Shown here: piece after piece, positions 55,753 through 64,000 of the stretch | Position numbering within the stretch: the first letter of the stretch is position 1 | Layout of the letters: each line of letters starts with the position of its first letter | DNA from: Kiritimatiellia bacterium | Lineage (GTDB): Bacteria > Verrucomicrobiota > Kiritimatiellia > JAAZAB01 | DNA length: 64,000 bases | Reading direction: 5' to 3' | NCBI GenBank assembly: GCA_040767085.1 | Contig: JAXGPF010000010.1 | Span: 128,001-192,000 of the forward strand | The notes under the pieces: model-generated | Databases searched by the model: none | Told to the model about the DNA's origin: nothing | What the model saw: only the letters and a program-made list of their open reading frames with translations | Translations under genes and position numbers: made by a program

Positions 55753-57201
55753 TCAGGCCAGGCTGGCCAGATCCATGTTGCGGGCGGCGGCTACTTCATC
55801 CAGCCGGCCGATTTCGGTGGTGGCGGGCGCCGCATGCAACGCGTCGGAATTGGTACGCGCGATTTCCGCCAGTTCGGCCATGACCTCGGCGAAGCGGTCC
55901 AGGGTTTCGCGCGTCTCGGTTTCCGTGGGCTCCACCATCATGGCTTCCGGAACGATCAGCGGGAAATAAACCGTGGGCGGGTGGATGCCGCGGTCAATCA
56001 GGGCCTTGGCGAAATCCATGGCGCGCGCGCCGCCGGCTTGCCGGGGATCGACGCTGAGGACGAACTCGTGCATGCAGGGGCCGGAGTAATTGGCGGCGAA
56101 ATGCTTGCGGAGCTTCTCGAGCAGGTAATTGGCGTTCAGCACGGCATGGTTGCTGACCGCGCGCAAGCCCTCGCGGCCGATCATCAGGCAGTAGGCGTAA
56201 GTCCGCACGAGCACGCCGAAATTGCCGTAAAAGGGCGCGACGTAGCCGATGCTTTTGGGGTAATCGTAGTCCAGGGCGAATGCGCCGTCCGTCCGCTTGA
56301 TCACGCGGGAGATCGGCAGGTACGGCCGCAGCCGTTCGACGACGCCCACCGGGCCGGCGCCCGGCCCGCCGCCGCCGTGCGGCGTGGAGAATGTCTTATG
56401 CAGATTGAGGTGGCAGACGTCGAATCCCATGTCCGCCGGCTTGCACCGGCCGAGGATGGCGTTGAAATTGGCGCCATCGTAATACATCAGGCCGCCGGCG
56501 TCATGCACCAGCCCGGCGATCTGTTCCACGTCCGGCTCGAACAGCCCCAGGGTGTTGGGATTGGTCATCATCATGCCGGCGGTGTGTTCGTTCAGCGCGG
56601 CTTTGAGGGCTTCGACATCCACCGTACCGCGCGCATTGGACGGGATGGTCACGACTTCAAACCCGGCCAGCGCGGCGCTGGCGGGATTGGTGCCATGGGC
56701 CGAGTCGGGAATGAGGATTTGCTTTTTTTGCCGGCCCTGGTCGCGCTGCCAGGCCGCCATGATCATGGCGCCGGTGAGTTCCCCATGCGCGCCGGCCAGC
56801 GGCTGGAGCGTGAATTCGCGCATGCCGGTGATTTCGGACAGCAGGCGTTCGGTTTCATACAGCAGGCGCAACGCGCCCTGGGTCAGCCGCCCTCCGTGGC
56901 TTAATTGCGGCCACAGCGGATGAATCTGGGCAAACCCCGGCAGCGCCGCCGCGGCTTCGCAAGCCTTGGGGTTGTACTTCATAGTGCAGGAGCCCAGCGG
57001 GTAGAAGTTGGTGTCCACCGAAAAATTCCGGCGCGAGAGATTGGTGAAATGGCGGACGACTTCCAATTCCGACGCTTCCGGCAGCGCCGGCGGCGCTTCC
57101 CGGAGAAATTTACGGTCAATCAAGTCCCGCACCGGTACGGTCAGGCGCGGTGCGCGGGCCGCGCGCCGGCCGGGAACGCTTTTTTCGTAGATCAGTTGCA
57201 T
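55753..57201 (-). CDS. gcvPB: Glycine dehydrogenase subunit 2
   Basis: FYPLGSCTMKYNP, AGAHGE, SAHGTNPAS, HLNLHKTFSTPHGGGGPG, EPTETE. Confidence 0.97.
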   Translation of the reverse strand: MQLIYEKSVPGRRAARAPRLTVPVRDLIDRKFLREAPPALPEASELEVVRHFTNLSRRNFSVDTNFYPLGSCTMKYNPKACEAAAALPGFAQIHPLWPQLSHGGRLTQGALRLLYETERLLSEITGMREFTLQPLAGAHGELTGAMIMAAWQRDQGRQKKQILIPDSAHGTNPASAALAGFEVVTIPSNARGTVDVEALKAALNEHTAGMMMTNPNTLGLFEPDVEQIAGLVHDAGGLMYYDGANFNAILGRCKPADMGFDVCHLNLHKTFSTPHGGGGPGAGPVGVVERLRPYLPISRVIKRTDGAFALDYDYPKSIGYVAPFYGNFGVLVRTYAYCLMIGREGLRAVSNHAVLNANYLLEKLRKHFAANYSGPCMHEFVLSVDPRQAGGARAMDFAKALIDRGIHPPTVYFPLIVPEAMMVEPTETETRETLDRFAEVMAELAEIARTNSDALHAAPATTEIGRLDEVAAARNMDLASLA

Positions 57202-57221
57202 TTTAATCCCTTCCGGTAAAA

Positions 57222-58562
57222 TCAAAGCGCCGCTTCCAGGGCGGCGGCGAAAATGTCAATTTCTTCCTTGGTGCGTTTTTCCGTGAAAGCCAGCAGCAGT
57301 TCCCGATCCATGCCCGGATAATACCGCGCCACCGGGAAGCCCGCGGCGAAACCTTTGTCAATCATGGCGCTGACGACGTCGGCGGCGTGGACCGGCAGTG
57401 TCAGGCAGAATTCGTTGAAGAAATAATGCCGGTAAGTGGGCGTCACGCCGGGAATGGCGGTGAGTTTCCCCCAGGCATAGGCGGCATTGGCCGCGCAGAT
57501 TTCCGCCGTCTCCGCCAGCCCGTGTTTCCCCAGCAGGCAGAGGTAGATCAGCGCGCGCAGCGCGCAGAGCGCCTGGTTGGAGCAGATGTTGGACGTGGCT
57601 TTTTCCCGGCGGATGTGCTGTTCGCGCGCTTGCAGCGTCAACACGAATCCGCGGCGCCCCCGGGCGTCCTTCGTCGCGCCCACCAGCCGGCCGGGCATTT
57701 TATGCACGTGCTTCGCGAGGGTGGCCATGAAGCCCAGGTAGGGTCCGCCGAAGGAAAGCGGCAGGCCCAGGCTCTGGCCCTCGCCGGTGACAATATCGGC
57801 GCCCATCGCACCCGGCGGACGCAGCAGCCCGAGAGACAGCGGATAAACGGACATGATGCCCAGCGCGCCGGCGGCATGCGCGGCGCCGATGATGTCCGTG
57901 AAATCATCCAGGCAGCCGAAGAAATTCGGGTTCTGCAGGATGACCGCCGCCGTGTTGCGGTCCAGCATCCCGGTCAGCGCGGCGCGGTCCGCCAGGCCGC
58001 TTTTCAGGGGCACTTCCCGGAATTCGAAATCCAGGTTAGCGGAGAGGCACTTGAGCATGGCGCGGTAAATGGGGTTGACGCCGGCGTCTATCAGCACCCG
58101 GCGGCGGCGGGTGATGCGGAAGGCCATCATGATCGCCTCGAACAGGGCCGTGCCGCCGTCGTAAAGCGAGGCATTGGCGACCTCCATGCCCGTCAAGCGG
58201 CAGATGGCGCTTTGGTATTCATAGATGGCCTGGAGGGTGCCCTGTGAAATCTCGGGCTGGTAGGGCGTGTATGCGGTGAAAAATTCCGCGCGGCCCGCCA
58301 GTGCGTCCACCGCGGCCGGGATGAAGTGGTCGTAGAACCCGCCGCCGCAGAAGTTGACCAGTTGCGTGGCATTGGCGCCGGCGAGGCGTTGGAGCTTGCC
58401 GGCCATTTCCATTTCGGAGACGCCCGTCGGGATATTGAAGCCGGCCGTCTGGAGACCGGCGGGGATATCGCGGAATAACTGTTCGAAATCGGCCAGGCCG
58501 ATCGCGTGCAGCATTTCCCGGGCTTCGTCGGCGCCCGGGGCGTGGAAGAGAGTTGCGCTCAT
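57222..58562 (-). CDS. gcvPA: Glycine dehydrogenase subunit 1
   Basis: EFFTAYTPYQPEISQGTLQ, NASLYDG, FGGPYLG, REQHIRREKATSNICSNQ. Confidence 0.97.
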   Translation of the reverse strand: MSATLFHAPGADEAREMLHAIGLADFEQLFRDIPAGLQTAGFNIPTGVSEMEMAGKLQRLAGANATQLVNFCGGGFYDHFIPAAVDALAGRAEFFTAYTPYQPEISQGTLQAIYEYQSAICRLTGMEVANASLYDGGTALFEAIMMAFRITRRRRVLIDAGVNPIYRAMLKCLSANLDFEFREVPLKSGLADRAALTGMLDRNTAAVILQNPNFFGCLDDFTDIIGAAHAAGALGIMSVYPLSLGLLRPPGAMGADIVTGEGQSLGLPLSFGGPYLGFMATLAKHVHKMPGRLVGATKDARGRRGFVLTLQAREQHIRREKATSNICSNQALCALRALIYLCLLGKHGLAETAEICAANAAYAWGKLTAIPGVTPTYRHYFFNEFCLTLPVHAADVVSAMIDKGFAAGFPVARYYPGMDRELLLAFTEKRTKEEIDIFAAALEAAL

Positions 58563-58590
58563 GATTGCTCCTGGATTGATAAAAATGTTT

Positions 58591-59685
58591 TCAGGCCGGC
58601 GGCGTTTTCCGGCGTGCGGTGCCGCCGGTGTAGAGGGGCAGGGGGGCCACTACCGCCGGCAGCCGGCGGCCGCGGGCTGAAATTTCCAGTTGCCGCCCGG
58701 GCGCGGCGCAGGCGCGGTCCACATACGCCAGCGCCGCCGCCCGGTTGAGGCTGGGGGCGAACAAGCCGCTGGTGACCGCGCCGGCTTCCGCGTCGCCGCT
58801 GAACACGATGTCGCCCGGGCGCGCGGCCATGCGGCCCGGCAGCAGCAGGCCCACCAGGTCGCGGCGCCGGTCATCTTCCAGTTCCCGCCGCACGGCGTCG
58901 CGCCCGATGAAGTTTTTATCGAAATTCATGAAACGGCCCTGCGACGCCCCGGCGGGCGTCCGCTGGCGGCTCAATTCATGCCCGTAGAGGGCGTAACCCG
59001 CTTCCAGGCGCAGGGTATCGCGCGCGCCCAAGCCCGCGGGTTTGATCGCGCCCGCGCCCAGCAGCAGGCGCCAGAAATGGCGCACCCGCGCGGCGGGCAG
59101 AAACAGTTCGTAACCCCATTCGCCGGTGTAACCCGTCCGGCTGAGCAGGCAGGGCGTATCCTGCCAGACGACTTCCTGGAAGCGGAAATATTTCAAGTCC
59201 GGCACCTGGCCCGGGAAAATTTCCGCCAGCGCCGCGTGGGAACGCGGGCCCTGGATGTCCAGCTTGGCGGTATCCGGCGAGCAATCCAGGAAGGTGGTGT
59301 TGCTGGAGACATGCTCGCGGATCCAGGCGGCATCGCCGGCCGCCGTGCCGGCGTTGACCACCAGCCAGAACCGGTCGGCGCCCATGCGGAAGCAGATCAA
59401 GTCGTCAATCACCCCGCCGCGCTCGTCCAGCAGGTAACCGTATGCGCCCGCGCCGGCGGGGATGGCCGCAATGGATTGCGTCAGCAGGCGTTCCAGGTCC
59501 GCTTCCGCGCCCGGGCCGCGCAATTCGAATTCGCCCATGTGGCAGATGTCGAAAACCGTGGCCTGGCTGCGGGTGGATTGGTGCTCGGGGATGATGCCGG
59601 TGTAGAGCAGCGGCATCTCCCAGCCGGCGAAGTCCACCATGCGGGCCTTCAAACCGGTGTGTTCTTCGTAAAGCGGTGTTCTCAT
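58591..59685 (-). CDS. gcvT: Glycine cleavage system aminomethyltransferase T
   Basis: RTPLY..H..MVDFAGWEMP, FDICHMG, SRTGYTGE.GYE, GLGARDTLRLEAG. Confidence 0.97.
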   Translation of the reverse strand: MRTPLYEEHTGLKARMVDFAGWEMPLLYTGIIPEHQSTRSQATVFDICHMGEFELRGPGAEADLERLLTQSIAAIPAGAGAYGYLLDERGGVIDDLICFRMGADRFWLVVNAGTAAGDAAWIREHVSSNTTFLDCSPDTAKLDIQGPRSHAALAEIFPGQVPDLKYFRFQEVVWQDTPCLLSRTGYTGEWGYELFLPAARVRHFWRLLLGAGAIKPAGLGARDTLRLEAGYALYGHELSRQRTPAGASQGRFMNFDKNFIGRDAVRRELEDDRRRDLVGLLLPGRMAARPGDIVFSGDAEAGAVTSGLFAPSLNRAAALAYVDRACAAPGRQLEISARGRRLPAVVAPLPLYTGGTARRKTPPA

Positions 59686-59790
59686 GCGAACCCCCAAGGT
59701 TGTTGGAACGACGGCCATGAATTGAAAAATTTTAATTTATGATACCAGAATCCCGGTTTGATTTTCAAGCTTATCTTTCGGTTTCGATGC

Positions 59791-59819
59791 TTGACGCTGC
59801 CGGGGCGATTCAGTAGCAT
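59791..59819 (+). promoter_or_regulatory. Sigma70-type promoter
   Basis: TTGACG-17bp-TAGCAT, then GAGGAG SD and ATG at 59857. Confidence 0.55.
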
Positions 59820-59856
59820 GTTGCACGTAAACCGATTGAGGATTGAGGAGACGCGC

Positions 59857-60192
59857 ATGCATTTCACCGATCGGCAGGAGGGCCGGGTGGCCGTGGTGGC
59901 GGCGGGGGGACGGATGGATGCCCCCGGGGCGCCGCTGATGGAACAGCATTTGCGGCATTTGGCGGACGAAGGCCGGACGCGGGTGGTGGTGGATTGCGCG
60001 GATTTGGAATACGTCAGCAGCGCCGGCTTGCGGGTATTCCTGGCCGCGGCCCGGCAGGCCCGGAACGCCGATGGCGCCTTTGCGCTGGCCAGCATGCCCA
60101 GGAGCGTCCGCGAGATTTTCGATATCGCCGGATTTTCGGCGATCATACCCATTTTTAATACGGTGGCGGAGGCCGTGCAGGCCTGCAGCTGA
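59857..60192 (+). CDS. STAS-domain anti-sigma factor antagonist
   Basis: GRMDA, VVVDC..LEYVSSAGLR phosphoacceptor motif, VREIFDIAGF. Confidence 0.93.
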   Translation: MHFTDRQEGRVAVVAAGGRMDAPGAPLMEQHLRHLADEGRTRVVVDCADLEYVSSAGLRVFLAAARQARNADGAFALASMPRSVREIFDIAGFSAIIPIFNTVAEAVQACS

Positions 60193-60212
60193 AACAAACA
60201 GGAGAATGTATC

Positions 60213-60863
60213 ATGTTGACCTTTGCCGAGGAAATTCTGTTGCTGGCGCTGGACGATCAGCAGGGCGTGATCAAGCCCCTGCCGGTGTCCGCCATGGAAT
60301 ACGCTTTGTCGGGCGCTGTGCTGATGGATCTGGCGTTGGCGAACCGGATTGACACGGACTTGAAACAACTGCGCGTAGTGGACGGCGCTCCCACCGGCGA
60401 CGAGATCCTGGACGAGACGCTGAAGATTCTGCAATCCCAGCCGGCGCCGCAGACTACCACCCACTGGCTGAGCTACCTGGCCGGGCAGGCGAAGGATTTG
60501 CAGGACCGGGTCCTCAAGCGGCTGGTGAAGAAGGGCATCCTGAAACTGGAAAACCGCAAAATTCTCTGGGTGTTCCAGGTGCGCCGATATCCCTTGCAGG
60601 ACAACCGGGAAGTCAAGGAAGTCAAAACCCGTCTGCGGGAGTTAATCATGAGCAGCGAAATTCCCGACGCCCGCGAGGCGGTGTTGATCGGCCTGGTGAA
60701 CGCCTGCCGCCTGTTTGACGAAATATTTTCCGAGACGGAGTTGGACAAGTATCGCCCGCGGATCGCCGCTTTGGCCAAGTTGGACCTGATCGGCCAGGAG
60801 GTGGCGCGCTCCATTCATGAAATCGCCCAGGCCATGGCGCTGGCCATGCCGATGATGGTGTGA
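60213..60863 (+). CDS. GPP34 (GOLPH3/Vps74) family protein
   Basis: LTFAEEILLLALDD..G, GAVLMDLAL.NRI, PTGDEILD, RLVKKGIL, RRYP. Confidence 0.88.
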   Translation: MLTFAEEILLLALDDQQGVIKPLPVSAMEYALSGAVLMDLALANRIDTDLKQLRVVDGAPTGDEILDETLKILQSQPAPQTTTHWLSYLAGQAKDLQDRVLKRLVKKGILKLENRKILWVFQVRRYPLQDNREVKEVKTRLRELIMSSEIPDAREAVLIGLVNACRLFDEIFSETELDKYRPRIAALAKLDLIGQEVARSIHEIAQAMALAMPMMV

Positions 60864-60864
60864 A

Positions 60865-61242
60865 TCAAGCCTGGTTTTCCAGCGTCTTGCGCTGCATCAC
60901 GGCCAGGTAGCGGTCGGCTTCCTCCAGGCTGGAGAAAATCGCTTCCTTGGGCAGGGCGGCGGCGATTTCAAAAACCTTGGCGATCTGCGGCGGCAGCCGG
61001 ACCATCATAAAGCTCCGGTTCTGCGACTCCAGCGCCTTGCGCGCCTTGAAAATCAGCCGGAGCCCCATGCTGCTGATGTAATCCAGCCCGGACATGTCGC
61101 AAACCAGCACCCGGAATCCCGGCGCCGCCAGGGCGGGCAGGAGTTTTTGTTCGCACAGCGGCGCGGTGGCGGTGTCCAGCCGGCCGGACAGGGACACGAG
61201 GCAGCGGCCATTTTCGGGTTTGGCAATACGGATGTCAAACAT
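60865..61242 (-). CDS. STAS-domain anti-sigma factor antagonist
   Basis: LSGRLDTATA, DMSGLDYISSMGLR, IAKVFEIA. Confidence 0.92.
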   Translation of the reverse strand: MFDIRIAKPENGRCLVSLSGRLDTATAPLCEQKLLPALAAPGFRVLVCDMSGLDYISSMGLRLIFKARKALESQNRSFMMVRLPPQIAKVFEIAAALPKEAIFSSLEEADRYLAVMQRKTLENQA

Positions 61243-61402
61243 CTTCAGCTCCTTGTGGCTAGCGGGATTGGATGATTAAGCACAGCGGCAAATTATCACA
61301 AGCGTCTTCGGAATGCCAGCAAAATTGCAGAATTATCTTTTGTGTTTCGGCGGCGATGTGCTATGATCACTAATTAATTTTTCCAACCAAGGATCAAGGC
61401 GC

Positions 61403-62425
61403 ATGCGCGAAAATTACGCCGCGGAGTTGAATCGCAAAGATCTGGAATTGGACGTTAGCTTGCGGCCGGCGAAATTCCCGGATTTCATCGGACAGGTTAA
61501 AATCCGCGATCGGCTGGAGTTGTTTGTCGCTGCGGCGCGGGGCCGGAACGAGGTGCTGGACCACGTCCTGCTTTCCGGCCCCCCCGGCCTCGGCAAGACC
61601 ACGCTGGCCTACATCCTGGCGGATGCCATGGGCAGCAACGTGCGCGCCACTTCCGGCCCCGTGATCGACAAACCCGCCGACCTGGCCGGCATCCTCACCA
61701 GCATCGAGCCGGGGGATGTGGTGTTTATTGATGAAATCCACCGCATGCAGAAATCCGTGGAAGAGTACCTGTATTCCGCCATGGAAGATTTCGTGATTGA
61801 CATCATGCTGGACCAGGGCGCCAATGCCCGCGCGGTCCGCTTGAACCTTCCGCGTTTCACCCTGGTCGGCGCCACCACCCGCAGCGGCCTGCTTTCCGCT
61901 CCGCTGCGCTCCCGCTTCGGCCTGGCCTGCCGCCTGAATTATTACGGCCACGCGGATTTGCAGGCGATCGTGTTCCGGTCCGCCCGGCTGTTGAAGGTGG
62001 ATGTGGATGCGGACGGCGCGCTGGAAATCGCCGCGCGCGCCCGCGGCACGCCGCGCATCGCCAACAACCTGCTGCGGCGCGTCCGCGACTACGCGCAGAT
62101 ACGCGCGGACAATAAGGTCACCCGCCCGGTCGCCGACCGGGCGCTGGCGATGCTGGAGATTGACCGGTACGGCCTGGACGAGATGGATAAACGCCTGCTG
62201 GAAACGCTGGTGCATAAATTTTCCGGCGGCCCCGTGGGATTGAACTCGCTCGCCGTCTCCGTCGGAGAAGAGCCCGACACCATCGAGGAAGTTTACGAGC
62301 CTTACCTGATCCAGGAGGGATACCTGCAGCGCACACCCCAGGGGCGCCTGGCCACCGCCTTGTGTTACGAGCGGCTGGGTTTGCCCGCGCCGGGAGCGCG
62401 GTCCCGCCAGGGGGAATTGCTCTAA
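61403..62425 (+). CDS. ruvB: Holliday junction branch migration helicase RuvB
   Basis: [44 protein letters not shown]. Confidence 0.99.
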   Translation: MRENYAAELNRKDLELDVSLRPAKFPDFIGQVKIRDRLELFVAAARGRNEVLDHVLLSGPPGLGKTTLAYILADAMGSNVRATSGPVIDKPADLAGILTSIEPGDVVFIDEIHRMQKSVEEYLYSAMEDFVIDIMLDQGANARAVRLNLPRFTLVGATTRSGLLSAPLRSRFGLACRLNYYGHADLQAIVFRSARLLKVDVDADGALEIAARARGTPRIANNLLRRVRDYAQIRADNKVTRPVADRALAMLEIDRYGLDEMDKRLLETLVHKFSGGPVGLNSLAVSVGEEPDTIEEVYEPYLIQEGYLQRTPQGRLATALCYERLGLPAPGARSRQGELL

Positions 62426-62477
62426 CCGGCGGTTGCATTTTGATAGATACATAACCCGACATCCACGAGGTGAAATC

Positions 62478-64000
62478 ATGCCGAATAACAAACGCTCCAG
62501 CAAGTCCCAGCAGCCCGCCGCCGCCCGCGGCCCGCGCGGATTCGCCCCCGCGGCGCGCCGCCTGGCCGGCCATGTCCCGACTATCGCCATTACCCCGGTG
62601 GCCGACGGCCGCCCCGGCGCGTACGAATCCAACCTCGCCGGCACCTGGGGCATGGCGGATAAGGTCGCGCGCCTGATCCGCGAAAACGTGGTGCTGCCCG
62701 ATGGCACGCCCGTGCGGGTGGTCACGCCCCCGGAAATCGTTTACGGCGCGCGCACCGGCGCGCTGGCCCAGGAATATTACGCCCGCGAAGGCGTCAGCGC
62801 CAATATCTGGGTCAGCCGCTCCTGGGCCTACAGCGATGAATTGATGAGCGCCTGCCAGGGGCTTGGCAGCAGCGAATGGATTCAGGCCGCCTACGGCTTG
62901 AACCAGACTGACCGGCCGGGCGCGGTCTGGCTGAAGGCTTTTTGCGCGGCCATGGATGAAAAGGAACGGCCGATCTTTTCCATCTACAATCCGGACTTGG
63001 AGGCGGAAGACGGCGAATTGGCGCCCTACGTGCGCGAGCGCCTCCTGCGTTTCGCGCGCTGCGCCGCGGCGGTGGCGGAAATGCGCGGCAAAAACTACCT
63101 TTCGCTGGGCGGCGTCTCCATGGGCATCATCGGCGCGGATGTCCGGCGCAATACCTTCCTGCATTACCTGGGCATGGGCGCTGTTTCCGTGGACATGGTG
63201 GCCATCAAGGGCCGGATTGACCAGGGCTTCTATGACCACGAGGAGCTGGAGCGGGCCTTCCGCTTCCTCAAGGAAAACGCCACCTTCGAGTTCGGCGCCG
63301 GCGCGCGCCCATCGGCGCCCGACGAACTGCTGCGCACCAGCATCCTGATGACCATGATCACCCGGGACTTGATGATCGGCAATCCCAAACTGGCGGATGC
63401 GGCTTTTGCCAAGCGCCATGGCTTCAAGGTCAATGTCGAGCGCGCCCAGGGCGCGAACGCCATCGTTGCCGGCACCCAGGGCCAGCGGGCCTGGACCGAT
63501 TTGTATCCCAACTTCGACTTGACCGAAGCGCTCCTGAACAGTTCGTTCGACTGGAGCGGTGGGCGTCCCCCGTTTGTCGTGGCGACGGAAAACGATTCCA
63601 AAAACGCTATCGGCATGCTCGCGGCGCACCTGTTGACCGGGCTGCCCCAGTTGTTCGCCGATATCCGCACCAACTGGACCGCGGACAGCATCCGCCAGGC
63701 CACCGGGCATGATATTTCCAAGCTGGCCCCCGCCGGATTTATCGACAAGCGCAATTCCGGCGCCGGCGCGCTGGAATACGCGCTGGACCTACCCGGCCTG
63801 GCCGGCCGCGGTTGGACGATGCCGGCGATTGCCGCCCGCCTGCGGGATGACGCGGGCTTCCAGGCGCAAGTGGCCCGGGAAGCCTTCCGCCGCACGAAGT
63901 TCATCCATGCCGCCCTGGAATATTTCCCCGGCGACGGCCTGTCCAGCCATTACCGCACGCCGGGCGGCATTCCGGTTACGGCTTATCGCTATAACATGGT
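62478..64000 (+). CDS. fucI: L-fucose (D-arabinose) isomerase, 3'-truncated by the window end
   Basis: Own translation from ATG 62478 (absent from the ORF track because it has no stop): RPGAVWL, YLSLGGVSMGI, QGQRAWTD.YPN, LNSSFDW, VATENDS, FADIRT. Confidence 0.9.
   Translation, partial: MPNNKRSSKSQQPAAARGPRGFAPAARRLAGHVPTIAITPVADGRPGAYESNLAGTWGMADKVARLIRENVVLPDGTPVRVVTPPEIVYGARTGALAQEYYAREGVSANIWVSRSWAYSDELMSACQGLGSSEWIQAAYGLNQTDRPGAVWLKAFCAAMDEKERPIFSIYNPDLEAEDGELAPYVRERLLRFARCAAAVAEMRGKNYLSLGGVSMGIIGADVRRNTFLHYLGMGAVSVDMVAIKGRIDQGFYDHEELERAFRFLKENATFEFGAGARPSAPDELLRTSILMTMITRDLMIGNPKLADAAFAKRHGFKVNVERAQGANAIVAGTQGQRAWTDLYPNFDLTEALLNSSFDWSGGRPPFVVATENDSKNAIGMLAAHLLTGLPQLFADIRTNWTADSIRQATGHDISKLAPAGFIDKRNSGAGALEYALDLPGLAGRGWTMPAIAARLRDDAGFQAQVAREAFRRTKFIHAALEYFPGDGLSSHYRTPGGIPVTAYRYNM

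Noticed and set aside
59686-59790. Glycine riboswitch upstream of gcvT
   Set aside because: The gap is short, shared with a divergent promoter and lacks recognisable aptamer motifs.
62118-63710. 530-aa minus-strand ORF
   Set aside because: Antisense to fucI and ruvB, which carry recognisable motifs.

Overview
GC-rich bacterial chromosome segment. The gene content (large glycan-active proteins, UroD-like paralogues, C-terminal GxxxxVR tails) suggests a PVC-superphylum organism such as Kiritimatiellia/Lentisphaeria; this is inference only. Bases ~3.9-42 kb are a mosaic accessory carbohydrate-utilisation region: GntR/AraC/IclR regulators, DUF5107-TPR, CBM9-like multidomain proteins, GH3, GH20, an SGNH esterase, a Gfo/Idh/MocA oxidoreductase and surface proteins. 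Bases ~42-64 kb are mostly housekeeping (fprA, metG, PpiD-like, lipA, comEC, gcvT-gcvPA-gcvPB, ruvB, partial fucI). Three mobile or selfish elements can be delimited from the sequence. (1) An ISNCY/IS1202-like IS (13141-14526). (2) A 2354-bp two-gene Mutator-like element (25367-27720) with an 8-bp target duplication that splits an M29-peptidase-like gene; removing it restores the frame. (3) A GxxExxY (PD-(D/E)XK-fold) gene sitting between two mutually inverted tandem repeat arrays with a 9-bp-periodic CACGAAG core (31911-32676); this is the best candidate for an undescribed system. Several REP/REPIN-like hairpins and candidate operators are also visible. No rRNA, tRNA or CRISPR array was found.
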